From positions 1,696,001 through 1,760,000 of the forward strand of contig OY771506.1 of the NCBI GenBank assembly GCA_963674705.1: DNA of 64,000 nt, written 5' to 3'. The DNA comes from Phycisphaeraceae bacterium (GTDB lineage: Bacteria; Planctomycetota; Phycisphaerae; Phycisphaerales; Phycisphaeraceae). The notes beneath the pieces are model-generated. The model saw only the letters and a program-made list of their open reading frames with translations, did not search any database and was not told the origin of the DNA. This document shows positions 46,792 to 56,131 of this stretch, piece by piece (within the stretch, counting starts at the first letter, position 1; each line of letters starts with the position of its first letter). Both the position numbers and the translations under genes were made by a program.

Positions 46792-47478
46792 GAAACCCCC
46801 GATGCCGTGGCGGCTTGGTAGTGTGCGTAAATGCGTTCAGTAGATAGCGCATGGTCATAAATCGCGAGTTCGTCCAATGAACCGTAATTAAAATCACTAT
46901 TGGCGGATTGATTAATCAGAAGTGTTGAATCCGCCGTGTTGATGATCGTGCTGCCGGCTCCTGCTAGTACTGAAGCAGACAACAAAGCACTATCCAAGTA
47001 GAGCGAGAATTCATCACAGCGCGTTGCACCAATAGGGAATGTTAACACCAGGTGATGCCATTGTTCGTCAAGTGAAAGACCCGTGACGCCAAATCGGCAA
47101 TTAACCACTGCTACGGATACTTCATCGGTGGTGTACGTCATTAACAGCCTTGTGCCCGCAGATGTATTTCCGTAGTTGATACCGCGATAGGCCACTGTGC
47201 TGCTATTAGCTTTAAACCATAGTTCAATCGTGCGCTCGCTTGCACCAACCGGGAGCCAACCGGTCTGGCTTACACGCAGCCCGCCTGTTCCATTTGATTC
47301 AACAGCCGTATCGCTATCGAGAATCAGTGGCCCGGTCGTCCCCCATGTCAATACACCATCAACTTGAGCGTCTTGGTTCCCGGTTTCATCATGAGCGGTT
47401 GGGCCGTTTGATCCTCCCAGTCGAAGATACATCAACGGGGAATCCGCCATGACTTCGCCGCGATAACTGAGCCGACTA

Positions 47479-48519
47479 GAGCGTCTTCCAATCTCATGTA
47501 GCATACCCGCAGCTGCGGAAGTAGTTGCGGCACTCGTCCAGTGATACCGCACGCAACGCCCGACCGATCGCCTCAATCAGTTTGTCGCTGGTCCGCGCGG
47601 CGGCGGCACGCAGCAGGGCTTTGACCTTGCTCCACATCTTCTCGATCGGGTTGAAGTCCGGTGAGTACGGCGGTAAGTACCACAGGTCACAGCCCGCCGC
47701 TTCGATCGCTTCACGCACCCCGCGCACCTTATGCGACGCCAGGTTATCCATCACGACGATCTGGCCTTGCTTTAGTGCCGGGGCCAGGCAACGCTCGACG
47801 TAGCCGCGGAACAGCGCCGCATCCGTCGCGCCGTCGAAGGCCAGCGTCGCCCGTTGGATCACACCCTCACAACCGATCGCGCTGAGCATCGTCGTCGTAC
47901 GCCAGTGGCTGTGCGGCGCCGCGGCGTCCAGCCGGCAACCGCGTCCGGCCCAGCCCCGCAGGCGGGTCATGTTCGTCCTCGCGCCCGATTCATCCAGGAA
48001 AACAAGCTGCTTAGGCTCGATGAACCGTGTGGCGATGCGGAAGTTCACACGCTGCTGCTTCACATCCGCGCGGTCCTGCTCGCTGGGCCGTAATGACTTT
48101 TTTTAAACGTCCACCCCAGCTTCCAACGCACCGTCCGCCACATCGTGCCCAGCCCGCAACGGATGCCCAGCTCACGCTCACAACGCACACGCAACGCATC
48201 CAGCGTCGTGTCCGGCTTCTGCTTGAGCATCGCATGTACACGCTGCAGGTCTTTGCCGGCGAACCGGCTGACGTAGTCGCCGCCCTGAGGCCGCGGCGCG
48301 ATCCCCTCGCCTTCACGACGCCGTTGCTTGAGCCGACGCACCCACGAGGCGCTGACCGAGAACCGCTTGGCCACCTCACGCGTGCCGTGCCCGGCATCAC
48401 ACGCCGCCAACACCCGCTTCCGCAGATCCATTGAATATGCCTTCATCAAAGCCTCCTTGCTTGAAGGCACAGCATAATCACTTGTGTACAAGGGCGCTAC
48501 AGTGGCGTGGAAGATGCTC
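47479..48519 (-). mobile_element. IS630 family insertion sequence (1041 bp)
   Basis: TIRs gagcgtcttcca / tggaagatgctc (11 of 12 match), flanking TA at 47477-47478 and 48520-48521. Confidence 0.95.
47494..48446 (-). CDS. IS630 transposase, two ORFs joined by a -1 frameshift
   Basis: ORF A MKAYSMDLRKRV (HTH); slippery TTTAAAAAAAG near 48097-48107; ORF B FLDESG, MDNLASH, LPPYSPDFNPIE. Confidence 0.92.
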
Positions 48520-48612
48520 TAATAGGTGGCGCCTGCAACTCGCCCCATGCAGGCACCTGGAAGTCAATATGTTTATATACAGTCATGCCGCTTCTCGCCG
48601 ATTGGTTAGGGA

Positions 48613-49065
48613 TCAAACACTGAAAATATGTTCGATACGCCGATCGAGTATTTGTGTGATCTGTCCGGATGCGATCGTGACTTCCGCCAGTTTCAGGTGC
48701 GCCGTGCCGGGCCAGCCAATACCATCTAGCCCCGCACCAATACCAGCTTGGCCGGCGTCGTTGAATAGCCACAGGTAAACTGTGTCGTTGTTATAGGCAG
48801 CAAGTTCTAGCGTTTGCCCGGCACATTCGAGCACTACCCCCGAGATACTCGCCCGACCCGGTGCAATCAGCACACTTGTGCCCGAGCCACCGTCACGACA
48901 GACACGCAATGCACCCAAAGAGGATTCGGCCAATAGATGAAGCGTGCGTATCAGCCATTCGTAATAGGGCTGCAGGCCGTTCGGTGGGTACTCAAAACCG
49001 GCAACCGCATGCCGAGTACCGACAAGGCTATCGATTTCGATGCTGGTAAGTTCCTGGATAGGCAT
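48613..49065 (-). CDS. Hypothetical virion-associated protein
   Basis: 150 aa, IAPGRA.ISG..HLKLAEVTI..ILDRR, reminiscent of tail-fibre attachment domains (inference). Confidence 0.55.
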   Translation of the reverse strand: MPIQELTSIEIDSLVGTRHAVAGFEYPPNGLQPYYEWLIRTLHLLAESSLGALRVCRDGGSGTSVLIAPGRASISGVVLECAGQTLELAAYNNDTVYLWLFNDAGQAGIGAGLDGIGWPGTAHLKLAEVTIASGQITQILDRRIEHIFSV

Positions 49066-49099
49066 GTTGTGATCCGATTCTTTATTTGTTGCTTGCTGG

Positions 49100-49831
49100 T
49101 TACGCGATCCTGTCCCACACAAACGTGCTTGGCGAGTTAAGTTGAAGACCTGTTACTGCCGGCGGCAGAAGTTCGGTATTTTGCGTAAGCTCAACTGGCA
49201 ACGCGACCGACTCGCCCACGCCGCTGCCGGCTGAAAGATTCAACGCGTGTTCACCCGCGTCGGTTGCGCATTTCCATCGCCACATCGTCCCGCCATAGCC
49301 CAGTGCACCAGCCCCAAAATCACCGATGCCCAAACCCAAGCCAAACGCATCGTGGAATGTAATACTTCCATCCGCCAACTCCCCGGACTTCATATCAATG
49401 TCAGTCCAAAGAGGACTCTCGCATACGACGCGCCCGTCCAATTCGACTTGGATCAAAGTATCGAACGGCAATGACTCATCACGGATCACATCAATTGAAA
49501 GTGAATCCGATATGCGGGGTTGCCATGCTTTCAATAACCCCGGCTGTGCCCGCCATACTGCGTCCGTTTCATCCATCGGCACCGCAAGCAATTCAACACG
49601 ATGTGGCCGCGTTCGGTCCAGCTCAATCATCACTTCACGCTGAGATACATCCAGTGTCACATCGAATAATGCATCATCCACGTAGATTTGTACCAGACGC
49701 TGCCCCTGCTGCGGCGCCCGCCACCACACGTGCGCCAGGTTTGGATGTTCGCCACCTGTTATCGCAACTGGCCTGGCCAGCACCAGTTCAAATACATCCT
49801 GCGTTGCGTTCGTGGTGATGAAGCTACTCAT
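49100..49831 (-). CDS. Hypothetical protein
   Basis: 243 aa, ATGA-coupled, GLGLGIGDFGAGALG segment. Confidence 0.65.
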   Translation of the reverse strand: MSSFITTNATQDVFELVLARPVAITGGEHPNLAHVWWRAPQQGQRLVQIYVDDALFDVTLDVSQREVMIELDRTRPHRVELLAVPMDETDAVWRAQPGLLKAWQPRISDSLSIDVIRDESLPFDTLIQVELDGRVVCESPLWTDIDMKSGELADGSITFHDAFGLGLGIGDFGAGALGYGGTMWRWKCATDAGEHALNLSAGSGVGESVALPVELTQNTELLPPAVTGLQLNSPSTFVWDRIA

Positions 49832-50196
49832 GGCTTCACCTGCAGATATTCGATCGTGTAGTCACACCTCCACCGGGCACCGATGCGTATAAACGCACCC
49901 GACTTGAAACTGATCATCACACAGTCTGTCCACGCCTTACCATGCTCATCAAATAGAGTGTGTGTCAGACCATCAAGCTTGCTCTGTATCGCATCAATCA
50001 GTGCCTGCAAATCCAATGACGTATCCGCGATTAAACAGCCAACCTGGTCTATCTGCCTGACTTGCTTGCCTTCGATGTCCAGCCGTGCGCCGTAAGAGCC
50101 CGGTGTATTGCGGATCGTATGACGAAGCTTGATCGGCCCCATTTGCAGCACAGCCGTGCCCGAGGCAAATATGGCGTCGTTATCAAGTAGTACCAT
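49828..50196 (-). CDS. Hypothetical protein (distal-tail/tube-fold-like by pattern)
   Basis: 122 aa, position after adaptor; ends YTIEYLQ. Confidence 0.5.
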   Translation of the reverse strand: MVLLDNDAIFASGTAVLQMGPIKLRHTIRNTPGSYGARLDIEGKQVRQIDQVGCLIADTSLDLQALIDAIQSKLDGLTHTLFDEHGKAWTDCVMISFKSGAFIRIGARWRCDYTIEYLQVKP

Positions 50197-50226
50197 GATA
50201 GTGCTCTCAATGGAGTTGCTATTTAT

Positions 50227-50865
50227 TCAGATCCGCGTCATGACGGTGCTGCCAAGCGCGATCCGTCGATCCACGACACCATCACCATCTACATCCAGCA
50301 GCACCGTTGCTTCCGCGCACGCCTCCCTGAAACGTCTGCGGTATTCACTCGCTTTCAGCATCAACGTGTCGTTATCTCCCACCAATGATGCTGCTCCGCT
50401 ATAGATCACTTCGAGTGTGCCCAGTGCCTCAATCCGTGCGAGTAGATCGATCGACATCACTGAAGATTCACCCACTTCACACGCTGCATCTTCATGCTCG
50501 ACACCAATCAGACGCATCAAGCCTGTGTGTACAACTTCGGCCTGGGGGCTGAATGTCCGCGCGATCAGCTCAAGGTTGGATCCGTCACCCCCCGGTATAG
50601 CCGCTTCCATATCCGATGCCCGCGGTAACGACACCTGAAGCGTATTTGCATCAATACGCTCCAGGACTTCATGAACGACACGGTTAAGCAACACAACACA
50701 TCCTGCATCAATACCCGCGGCGACGAAGTCCGCTGAATCGCTGGTCAACGTCGTGCCGGTGAGAACAGCATCTTCCACCTTCAATCGCTGCTGTGCTGCG
50801 AAAGGCACATCCTCAAACACGGCGGGTTCAATCGCCAACAGGTCTCGGTCGGTGGTAAAGCTCAT
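50227..50865 (-). CDS. Putative head-tail adaptor/connector
   Basis: Directly after capsid gene; helical core with beta insert, C-terminal LDVDGDG; RBS gagg. Confidence 0.55.
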   Translation of the reverse strand: MSFTTDRDLLAIEPAVFEDVPFAAQQRLKVEDAVLTGTTLTSDSADFVAAGIDAGCVVLLNRVVHEVLERIDANTLQVSLPRASDMEAAIPGGDGSNLELIARTFSPQAEVVHTGLMRLIGVEHEDAACEVGESSVMSIDLLARIEALGTLEVIYSGAASLVGDNDTLMLKASEYRRRFREACAEATVLLDVDGDGVVDRRIALGSTVMTRI

Positions 50866-50899
50866 GACTTACCTCGATAAATATGAGTTGGATGGAATT

Positions 50900-50927
50900 G
50901 TGTCGGCAGCGTTCAAGCCGCCGACAC
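50900..50927 (-). terminator. Hairpin downstream of capsid gene
   Basis: Minus strand gtgtcggcggc-ttgaac-gctgccgacac with a weak U tail. Confidence 0.55.
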
Positions 50928-50979
50928 TTTGAAATAGAAGGTTGCGATCAAATTCGGGATTAAGATTCAGGGGTCAGCT

Positions 50980-52149
50980 TCAGGCATCCGCAAGCCCATC
51001 GATCAGGCCATGCCCTTGCTCGTTACGCAGTTCGAGTGTGTACTCGCCGATCACCTGGCCTGCCTCGCGGTCACCTGTCGAAGCCAGTTTCTTGAAGCCG
51101 AAGCTCCTGCCGGTCAAAGGCAAGACATCGATCCGAGATGAATCCAAGAGCAAAACGGTATCGGTCGGTACCCACCGCGACAGGACCACCCGACAGACGC
51201 CGAAGTCGGATTCATATGTGCTGACCATGTCCCGATAGCGAGAGCTGCTCTCACTGTATCCTCTGCTGCCGGAGATGAAGCTGTTGATCCGTCGCTTCTG
51301 ATATCCACCAACCAGAATCGTGTCGATGTTGCCGGCCGACTGCTCCCAGATTAGACGCAACGCAGTGTTGAGTTGATCTTCCGTCAGTTGGTTCGATCCC
51401 GTGCCGACACCTTCAGGGAATCCATCGACTCCATTCGTGAAGATGTTGGTTTCCAGGAACGGGATGATCCCCTTCATGGTCCTTCGGGTTGAAGCATCGC
51501 CTTGGGGATTCGCTGAGGGGGCTACGCCGTTGATCACGCAGTTCTCCAGGTCGCGGATCAACTCGCGCAGGCGCTCCTGTTTCTGGTAGTCCAGCTCATC
51601 GCTTAGGCCGATCTGGTTTGCAGCCAGTTGTGAACCCGAAACCTCGACGCTTGCCGTGAAGATTTGTGTGTGGTTGGTTCGCCGTACACGGTTGGTGAAT
51701 CGTGCGCTCGGTGCATCGTCACCTTCCAGTGCCGCGTTGCCTAGAATCCTGATGGGTGAGTCATCAACCAGGCCCTCCGCTGTTGTCCCGCCATAACCAC
51801 GGATGACGGTCAGGTCGTCTGCCGCTACGTTGGTCACGAGCATGACTTCGCCGGACCCTGCGACACGGATCTGATCGCCCACTCGGAAACGATCACCGTG
51901 CCCAACCGTAAAAGTTGCTTCGGTCATCGGCGATGAAATCACCGGGTCCTGAATACTGTCAGTATTCGGAAGCAAAGAGTCTTCCAACCATTCATGCACC
52001 GTGCTGCCTGTCGATCTTTGAGGATCGCCCAAATGATCGAGTAATGGCGTTTCGAACGGGCTGATGATCCCGATGATGTCGGAAATATCTTCGACGATCT
52101 CAGGCAGGCCGGCGCCGGCAGAATAGGTGGCTTTTCCTGTAAACGACAT
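50980..52149 (-). CDS. Major capsid protein, DUF5309/SU10-like
   Basis: EDISDII..ISPFETPLL, HEWLEDSL, N.TQIF...VEVSGS, YESDFG, LASTGD...QVIGEYTLE.RNE. Confidence 0.85.
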   Translation of the reverse strand: MSFTGKATYSAGAGLPEIVEDISDIIGIISPFETPLLDHLGDPQRSTGSTVHEWLEDSLLPNTDSIQDPVISSPMTEATFTVGHGDRFRVGDQIRVAGSGEVMLVTNVAADDLTVIRGYGGTTAEGLVDDSPIRILGNAALEGDDAPSARFTNRVRRTNHTQIFTASVEVSGSQLAANQIGLSDELDYQKQERLRELIRDLENCVINGVAPSANPQGDASTRRTMKGIIPFLETNIFTNGVDGFPEGVGTGSNQLTEDQLNTALRLIWEQSAGNIDTILVGGYQKRRINSFISGSRGYSESSSRYRDMVSTYESDFGVCRVVLSRWVPTDTVLLLDSSRIDVLPLTGRSFGFKKLASTGDREAGQVIGEYTLELRNEQGHGLIDGLADA

Positions 52150-52209
52150 AGTATTTGTCCTTGTTGTTAGATTTTGAGTTCAGTGGTTTGAGACGAGTAG
52201 ATCGGCCGG

Positions 52210-52740
52210 TCAATCACGGGGTCGACGCACCCTCAGGTAACGCAGCAGATCACGTCGATCACCGGTCCTTGCCGCATCCTGAGCGGCGAGTTCGGCCGGG
52301 TCGTGGCCGGGAGTTTCAATCGTTGGCGCCATCGCCGACGATCCAGCCTCCGTTCGACGACGAAACAGGTAAGGTTTGTGACGCTTCAGGTCTTTCACCG
52401 CCATCGTCACATCCGGCTCATCCATCATCAGCACCGCTTGCTCGGTCAACAGCCGCGCCGCTTCAAGGTCAACCGTGTCGGCTTCCATCAGTAGCGCATC
52501 AACCTGCTGGCGCCTTTCCAGTGCCGTGATTACCTGGTCCGCCTCGGTGAGTTTGGTTCTTAAATCACCAAGCTCCGTATTCAATTGCTCGAGCTGCTGC
52601 TCTGCTGTCTGTGCTCGTTTGCGATAGCGGATCGCTTCACTGACTGGCACAAGCTTCTCACCTCCGATCCCTGGTTGTTGTTCGTCAACAATCACACCTT
52701 TCGTTTCAGGCGAAGATGTATCTTCGATCGATTCAGTCAT
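52210..52740 (-). CDS. Capsid scaffolding protein-like
   Basis: Acidic N-terminus, VPVSEAIRYRKRAQ coiled coil, LKRHKPYLF; lies between portal and capsid. Confidence 0.72.
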   Translation of the reverse strand: MTESIEDTSSPETKGVIVDEQQPGIGGEKLVPVSEAIRYRKRAQTAEQQLEQLNTELGDLRTKLTEADQVITALERRQQVDALLMEADTVDLEAARLLTEQAVLMMDEPDVTMAVKDLKRHKPYLFRRRTEAGSSAMAPTIETPGHDPAELAAQDAARTGDRRDLLRYLRVRRPRD

Positions 52741-52791
52741 ATGTCTTCCTGTGGGATTGATTGTGAACGGTGAAGTAAAGCACGCCGGTTG

Positions 52792-54264
52792 TTAAGCCGG
52801 GATCGTGTTTGGCAGTTGTGGCACAGCGCTTTCGGTGTATCCCAGTTCGGTCAGGACCTGTTCACGCGGCACGCCGACTTCCAGTTTCATCAGCGCGTTA
52901 CGCAGTAGCTGCGAATCCGTATCAGGCAAGGGTTCCGCCCAGTCGAGACGCACACCGCGTTCTTCCGGACCGTTCGGGAAGATGCCATAGACATCCGCTG
53001 CGTGAAGCACGAGTTCGCAAATGGATTCGATCCCGTGTCCATAGGTCAGCCGCTTCTTATCAACCTTGGCAAGCAGACCCATCATCACGATGCGTAGCGC
53101 GTTTTCGCTTGTCAGGTTGCCAACCTTTGCCCGCAGTAAACCAGCGGCCAGCGGACTGACCGTACTCGCTTTGTCCATCGCCTCACGGATGTCTGAGATG
53201 TGTGAATCTTCAGATGGGCTTTGTCCGTCCCCGCCGAACTCGATGATCTGCGCATCGGGATTGTCTGTCTGCCACATCTGCCCCGGCCCGACCGGACGCT
53301 CCGTGAACTTCTCGATGCCTTTACCCAGGTACATCTTGAATGACTGGAACGTTACCCGGTTGGCGCGATCCGAAAGGCGCGTGTTCAGTTCATCCTGTAG
53401 CGGGATCAAAGGCTCAACTTCGCTCAAACCTTCATAGAAGAACGGCTGTGAGAGGTTCTGGATATGGATAACCGGAACACGCCCCAACCGGTTCACACTT
53501 TCCGATACCAGCTTGCGACCGCCACCGAACACGCCCGGCCGAGCGCTGTATCGTTGATACATTTCGGTGGTCCACACCTGCGTGTCTTCGATCACCGACC
53601 GTTGCCTACGCCCCACCCCACCAAGCACGCGGTTGCGAACCCGGCTGAAGAAGTGTTTTTGTTCGACCTCTGGTGCCCATCGGCGCAGGTGAAGGGCGTA
53701 GGCATCAAGCCGGCGGTAGTCGCTCTGATTAACAATTGGGATCGCACGCGGTGCTTCGATCGAGTCCAGCACAATCCGGCCTGCATCGTCGCCTTCCACG
53801 ACACGCACCAGCACATCAACCGTGCCATAGACCGCGCCGAGCAACCCCAGGTCCTGGAAGAACCTCGCGCCACCATTGTGCTTGAATACACGACGAATAA
53901 ATGCCTGGATCTGCTCCGCCCGTTTGGGGTCACCCACTGCGCTCTGGATGATCAACGGCTTGCCGAACATGAAGCTGACAATCGTATTGATACGCCAAGC
54001 GATATCGTTCTCGATCACGACCTCACGTGCGGACCTCGCCCCGCCCGGCCCTAGGTCGTGGGGCGTGGTCAATCTTGCCGGCAATCCCTCTGCTTGTGCC
54101 AGTTTGTACCGCGGTCCAGAACGATCTGCACGAACAGGATTCCGGTAGTAGTCCCACAGCCGACGCAAACGTGGCTCGGTTTCCTTCTGATGTCTGTCAA
54201 TCAGCGAATCGAGCAAGGCCGGGGCAATGGTGGCTGGAATCGTTGCGGTTTCGGCGTGTTGCAT
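52792..54264 (-). CDS. Phage portal protein (SPP1 gp6-like)
   Basis: RLWDYY, V.FMFGKP, VPVIHIQN..GLSEVEPLIPLQDELN..SD, SENALR. Confidence 0.85.
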   Translation of the reverse strand: MQHAETATIPATIAPALLDSLIDRHQKETEPRLRRLWDYYRNPVRADRSGPRYKLAQAEGLPARLTTPHDLGPGGARSAREVVIENDIAWRINTIVSFMFGKPLIIQSAVGDPKRAEQIQAFIRRVFKHNGGARFFQDLGLLGAVYGTVDVLVRVVEGDDAGRIVLDSIEAPRAIPIVNQSDYRRLDAYALHLRRWAPEVEQKHFFSRVRNRVLGGVGRRQRSVIEDTQVWTTEMYQRYSARPGVFGGGRKLVSESVNRLGRVPVIHIQNLSQPFFYEGLSEVEPLIPLQDELNTRLSDRANRVTFQSFKMYLGKGIEKFTERPVGPGQMWQTDNPDAQIIEFGGDGQSPSEDSHISDIREAMDKASTVSPLAAGLLRAKVGNLTSENALRIVMMGLLAKVDKKRLTYGHGIESICELVLHAADVYGIFPNGPEERGVRLDWAEPLPDTDSQLLRNALMKLEVGVPREQVLTELGYTESAVPQLPNTIPA

Positions 54265-54304
54265 AATTGGCGGTACTCACAGGGTTGCTTCGTCGCGGCC
54301 AAGG

Positions 54305-54319
54305 GCATCATGCGTGCCC
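54305..54319 (-). promoter_or_regulatory. Sigma54 -24/-12 promoter for the portal operon
   Basis: Minus strand GGGCACGCATGATGC vs consensus TGGCACGnnnnTTGC; exact GG-N10-GC spacing, about 40 nt upstream of the portal ATG. Confidence 0.7.
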
Positions 54320-54522
54320 CACACCCTTGGCGAATCGCCTGCTTTTGAGCGCATGAAGACAGCGGGTAATGAGGGGGCCTGCTAATAAACCTCGTGATGA
54401 TCCCGTACAAGCGATTTGAGATACGCCACCAATAAGGTAAGGAAAATGTTAGGTATTGTGCGCATCAAATTGGCTATTTCGGAGTTGCATTTGAGGTCGA
54501 GTGGTGATTAAATGTGCGTAGT

Positions 54523-56130
54523 ATGGGCCGCGCTGAACAAGAATTAGTCATCTTGGAACAGATCAGCCAAATCCTTGGCGATGGTCTTGAGCTGAGCCAA
54601 GTCTTTCAACGCGCTATGGCGTTGCTGAGCGATCGGCTGCATATCCAGCGTGCAGCACTTGTTTTATGGGATCAGGCAACAGATCAGCTTCGCACGGTCG
54701 CCAGCATCGGGCTTAGTCCCGATGAGCAGAAACGGGGGCGTTACGCGATCGGCGAAGGGGTCACCGGACAGGTGCTGGCTACCGGTGAGCCCGCTATTAT
54801 CCCGGATGTCCTCAAGCACCCCGAGTTCCTCAACCGCACCGGAAGCCGGAACAAGGTCGCTCAAGAGAATCCCAACACCAAGATCAGCTTCATCTGCGTC
54901 CCCGTCCGTGATGGCGGGCAGACCGTCGGTACGATCAGCATCGATAAACCCTACATCGATGAAGAACTCCTGCATTCCGACGCCAGGCTGCTGACCATCA
55001 TTGCCGGCTCGATCGCCCAGACGATACGTATCCACGACCTGATACAGGTTGAAAAAGATCAATGGCTGGAAGAAACCCAGCAACTGCGCGACAACCTTCG
55101 CGGTAAGTACAAGTTCGACAACATCATCGGCTCCAGCCCGGCGATGTTGGATGTGCTCGCCACCATCGGCCAGGTCGCCAGCAGCCGCGCCACCGTCCTG
55201 CTCCTGGGCGAGACCGGCTGCGGTAAGGAACTGATTGCCAAAGCGATCCATTACAACTCACCACGCGCCGACCAACCTTTGGTACGGGTTAACTGCGGCG
55301 CTTTATCCCCGCAATTGCTCGAATCTGAATTGTTCGGCCACGTCAAAGGCGCCTTCACCGGTGCGGTCAAAGACAAGATAGGCCGATTCGAAGCCGCCGA
55401 CACCGGCACGATATTCCTCGATGAAGTCGGCACGCTCGATCCGCAATTGCAGGTCAAGCTGCTGCGCGTTCTGCAGGAACGTGAGTTCGAACGCGTCGGT
55501 GACCACCGCACCATCCAGGTCGATGCCCGTGTGATCGCTGCCACTAACCTCGACCTTGAAGAAGAATGCCGAAAGGGCAACTTCCGCGAGGACCTTTACT
55601 ATCGGCTCAACGTCGTGCAGATCAACCTGCCGCCGCTGCGTAAAAGACGCGAAGACATCCCCAGGCTCATCGACTTCTTCCTCGATAAGTACAACGATGA
55701 AAACCAACGCAACCTGCGCAAGATCAACCGCGAAACGCTCAACACACTCTTGCGTTATCCCTGGCCGGGCAACGTCCGTGAACTGGAAAACGCGATGGAA
55801 CGAGCCGTCGTTCTTTCGACCGGCGAAGAATTTTCCGACGATTTGCTGCCGCTGCAGATCCGCTTGTTCTCCAAACAAACACGCGGCGAAACCACCGATG
55901 CCTCGATCGAATCACTCGCGGCAAGGCTCGCTGAGCATGCCGTCAATGAGTATCAGACCTGCGAGGGCGAGGTCTACGACATCGTGATCGGTGAAATCGA
56001 AAAGCAGCTTATCCGAGAGGCGCTGGACTACAACAACGGCGTCAAGGTGCGCACCGCAGACTTCCTCGGCATCAACCGCAATACATTAAATAAAAAGGTT
56101 AAAGACCTCGGCATTGATCCCGAGGGTTGA
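54523..56130 (+). CDS. NifA-like sigma54-dependent activator (GAF-AAA+-Fis HTH)
   Basis: GAF (GEGVTG.V), [44 protein letters not shown]. Confidence 0.95.
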   Translation: MGRAEQELVILEQISQILGDGLELSQVFQRAMALLSDRLHIQRAALVLWDQATDQLRTVASIGLSPDEQKRGRYAIGEGVTGQVLATGEPAIIPDVLKHPEFLNRTGSRNKVAQENPNTKISFICVPVRDGGQTVGTISIDKPYIDEELLHSDARLLTIIAGSIAQTIRIHDLIQVEKDQWLEETQQLRDNLRGKYKFDNIIGSSPAMLDVLATIGQVASSRATVLLLGETGCGKELIAKAIHYNSPRADQPLVRVNCGALSPQLLESELFGHVKGAFTGAVKDKIGRFEAADTGTIFLDEVGTLDPQLQVKLLRVLQEREFERVGDHRTIQVDARVIAATNLDLEEECRKGNFREDLYYRLNVVQINLPPLRKRREDIPRLIDFFLDKYNDENQRNLRKINRETLNTLLRYPWPGNVRELENAMERAVVLSTGEEFSDDLLPLQIRLFSKQTRGETTDASIESLAARLAEHAVNEYQTCEGEVYDIVIGEIEKQLIREALDYNNGVKVRTADFLGINRNTLNKKVKDLGIDPEG

Positions 56131-56131
56131 C

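Larger units (their letters stand above)
46776..48616 (-). pseudogene. LamG/concanavalin-like protein interrupted by IS630
   Basis: 5' part (TTG 48616, ...QAPPI) joins in frame to SRLSYRGEVMADSPLMYLRL when the IS is removed; TIELWFK, WHHLVLT, LDELAIYDHALS. Confidence 0.85.
40998..54264 (-). mobile_element. Phage-derived structural gene cluster (GTA-like / domesticated prophage candidate)
   Basis: About 15 co-directional, often overlapping genes in portal-scaffold-capsid-adaptor-tip-lysis order; no integrase, terminase or replication gene recognised. Confidence 0.8.

Noticed and set aside
50980..52149. Encapsulin nanocompartment
   Set aside because: Accompanied by portal and scaffold genes, and the motifs fit DUF5309-type capsids; no cargo enzyme adjacent
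40998..54264. Intact inducible prophage
   Set aside because: No integrase, terminase, repressor, replication or tape-measure gene and no att repeats seen; the flanks are ordinary host genes. A decayed remnant cannot be fully excluded.
54471..54490. Plus-strand sigma54 promoter for the activator (TGGCTATTTCGGAGTTGC)
   Set aside because: GG to GC spacing is 13 rather than the required 10
54523..56130. True nifA / nitrogen fixation locus
   Set aside because: No nif genes in the window and no TGT-N10-ACA site found in the adjacent spacer
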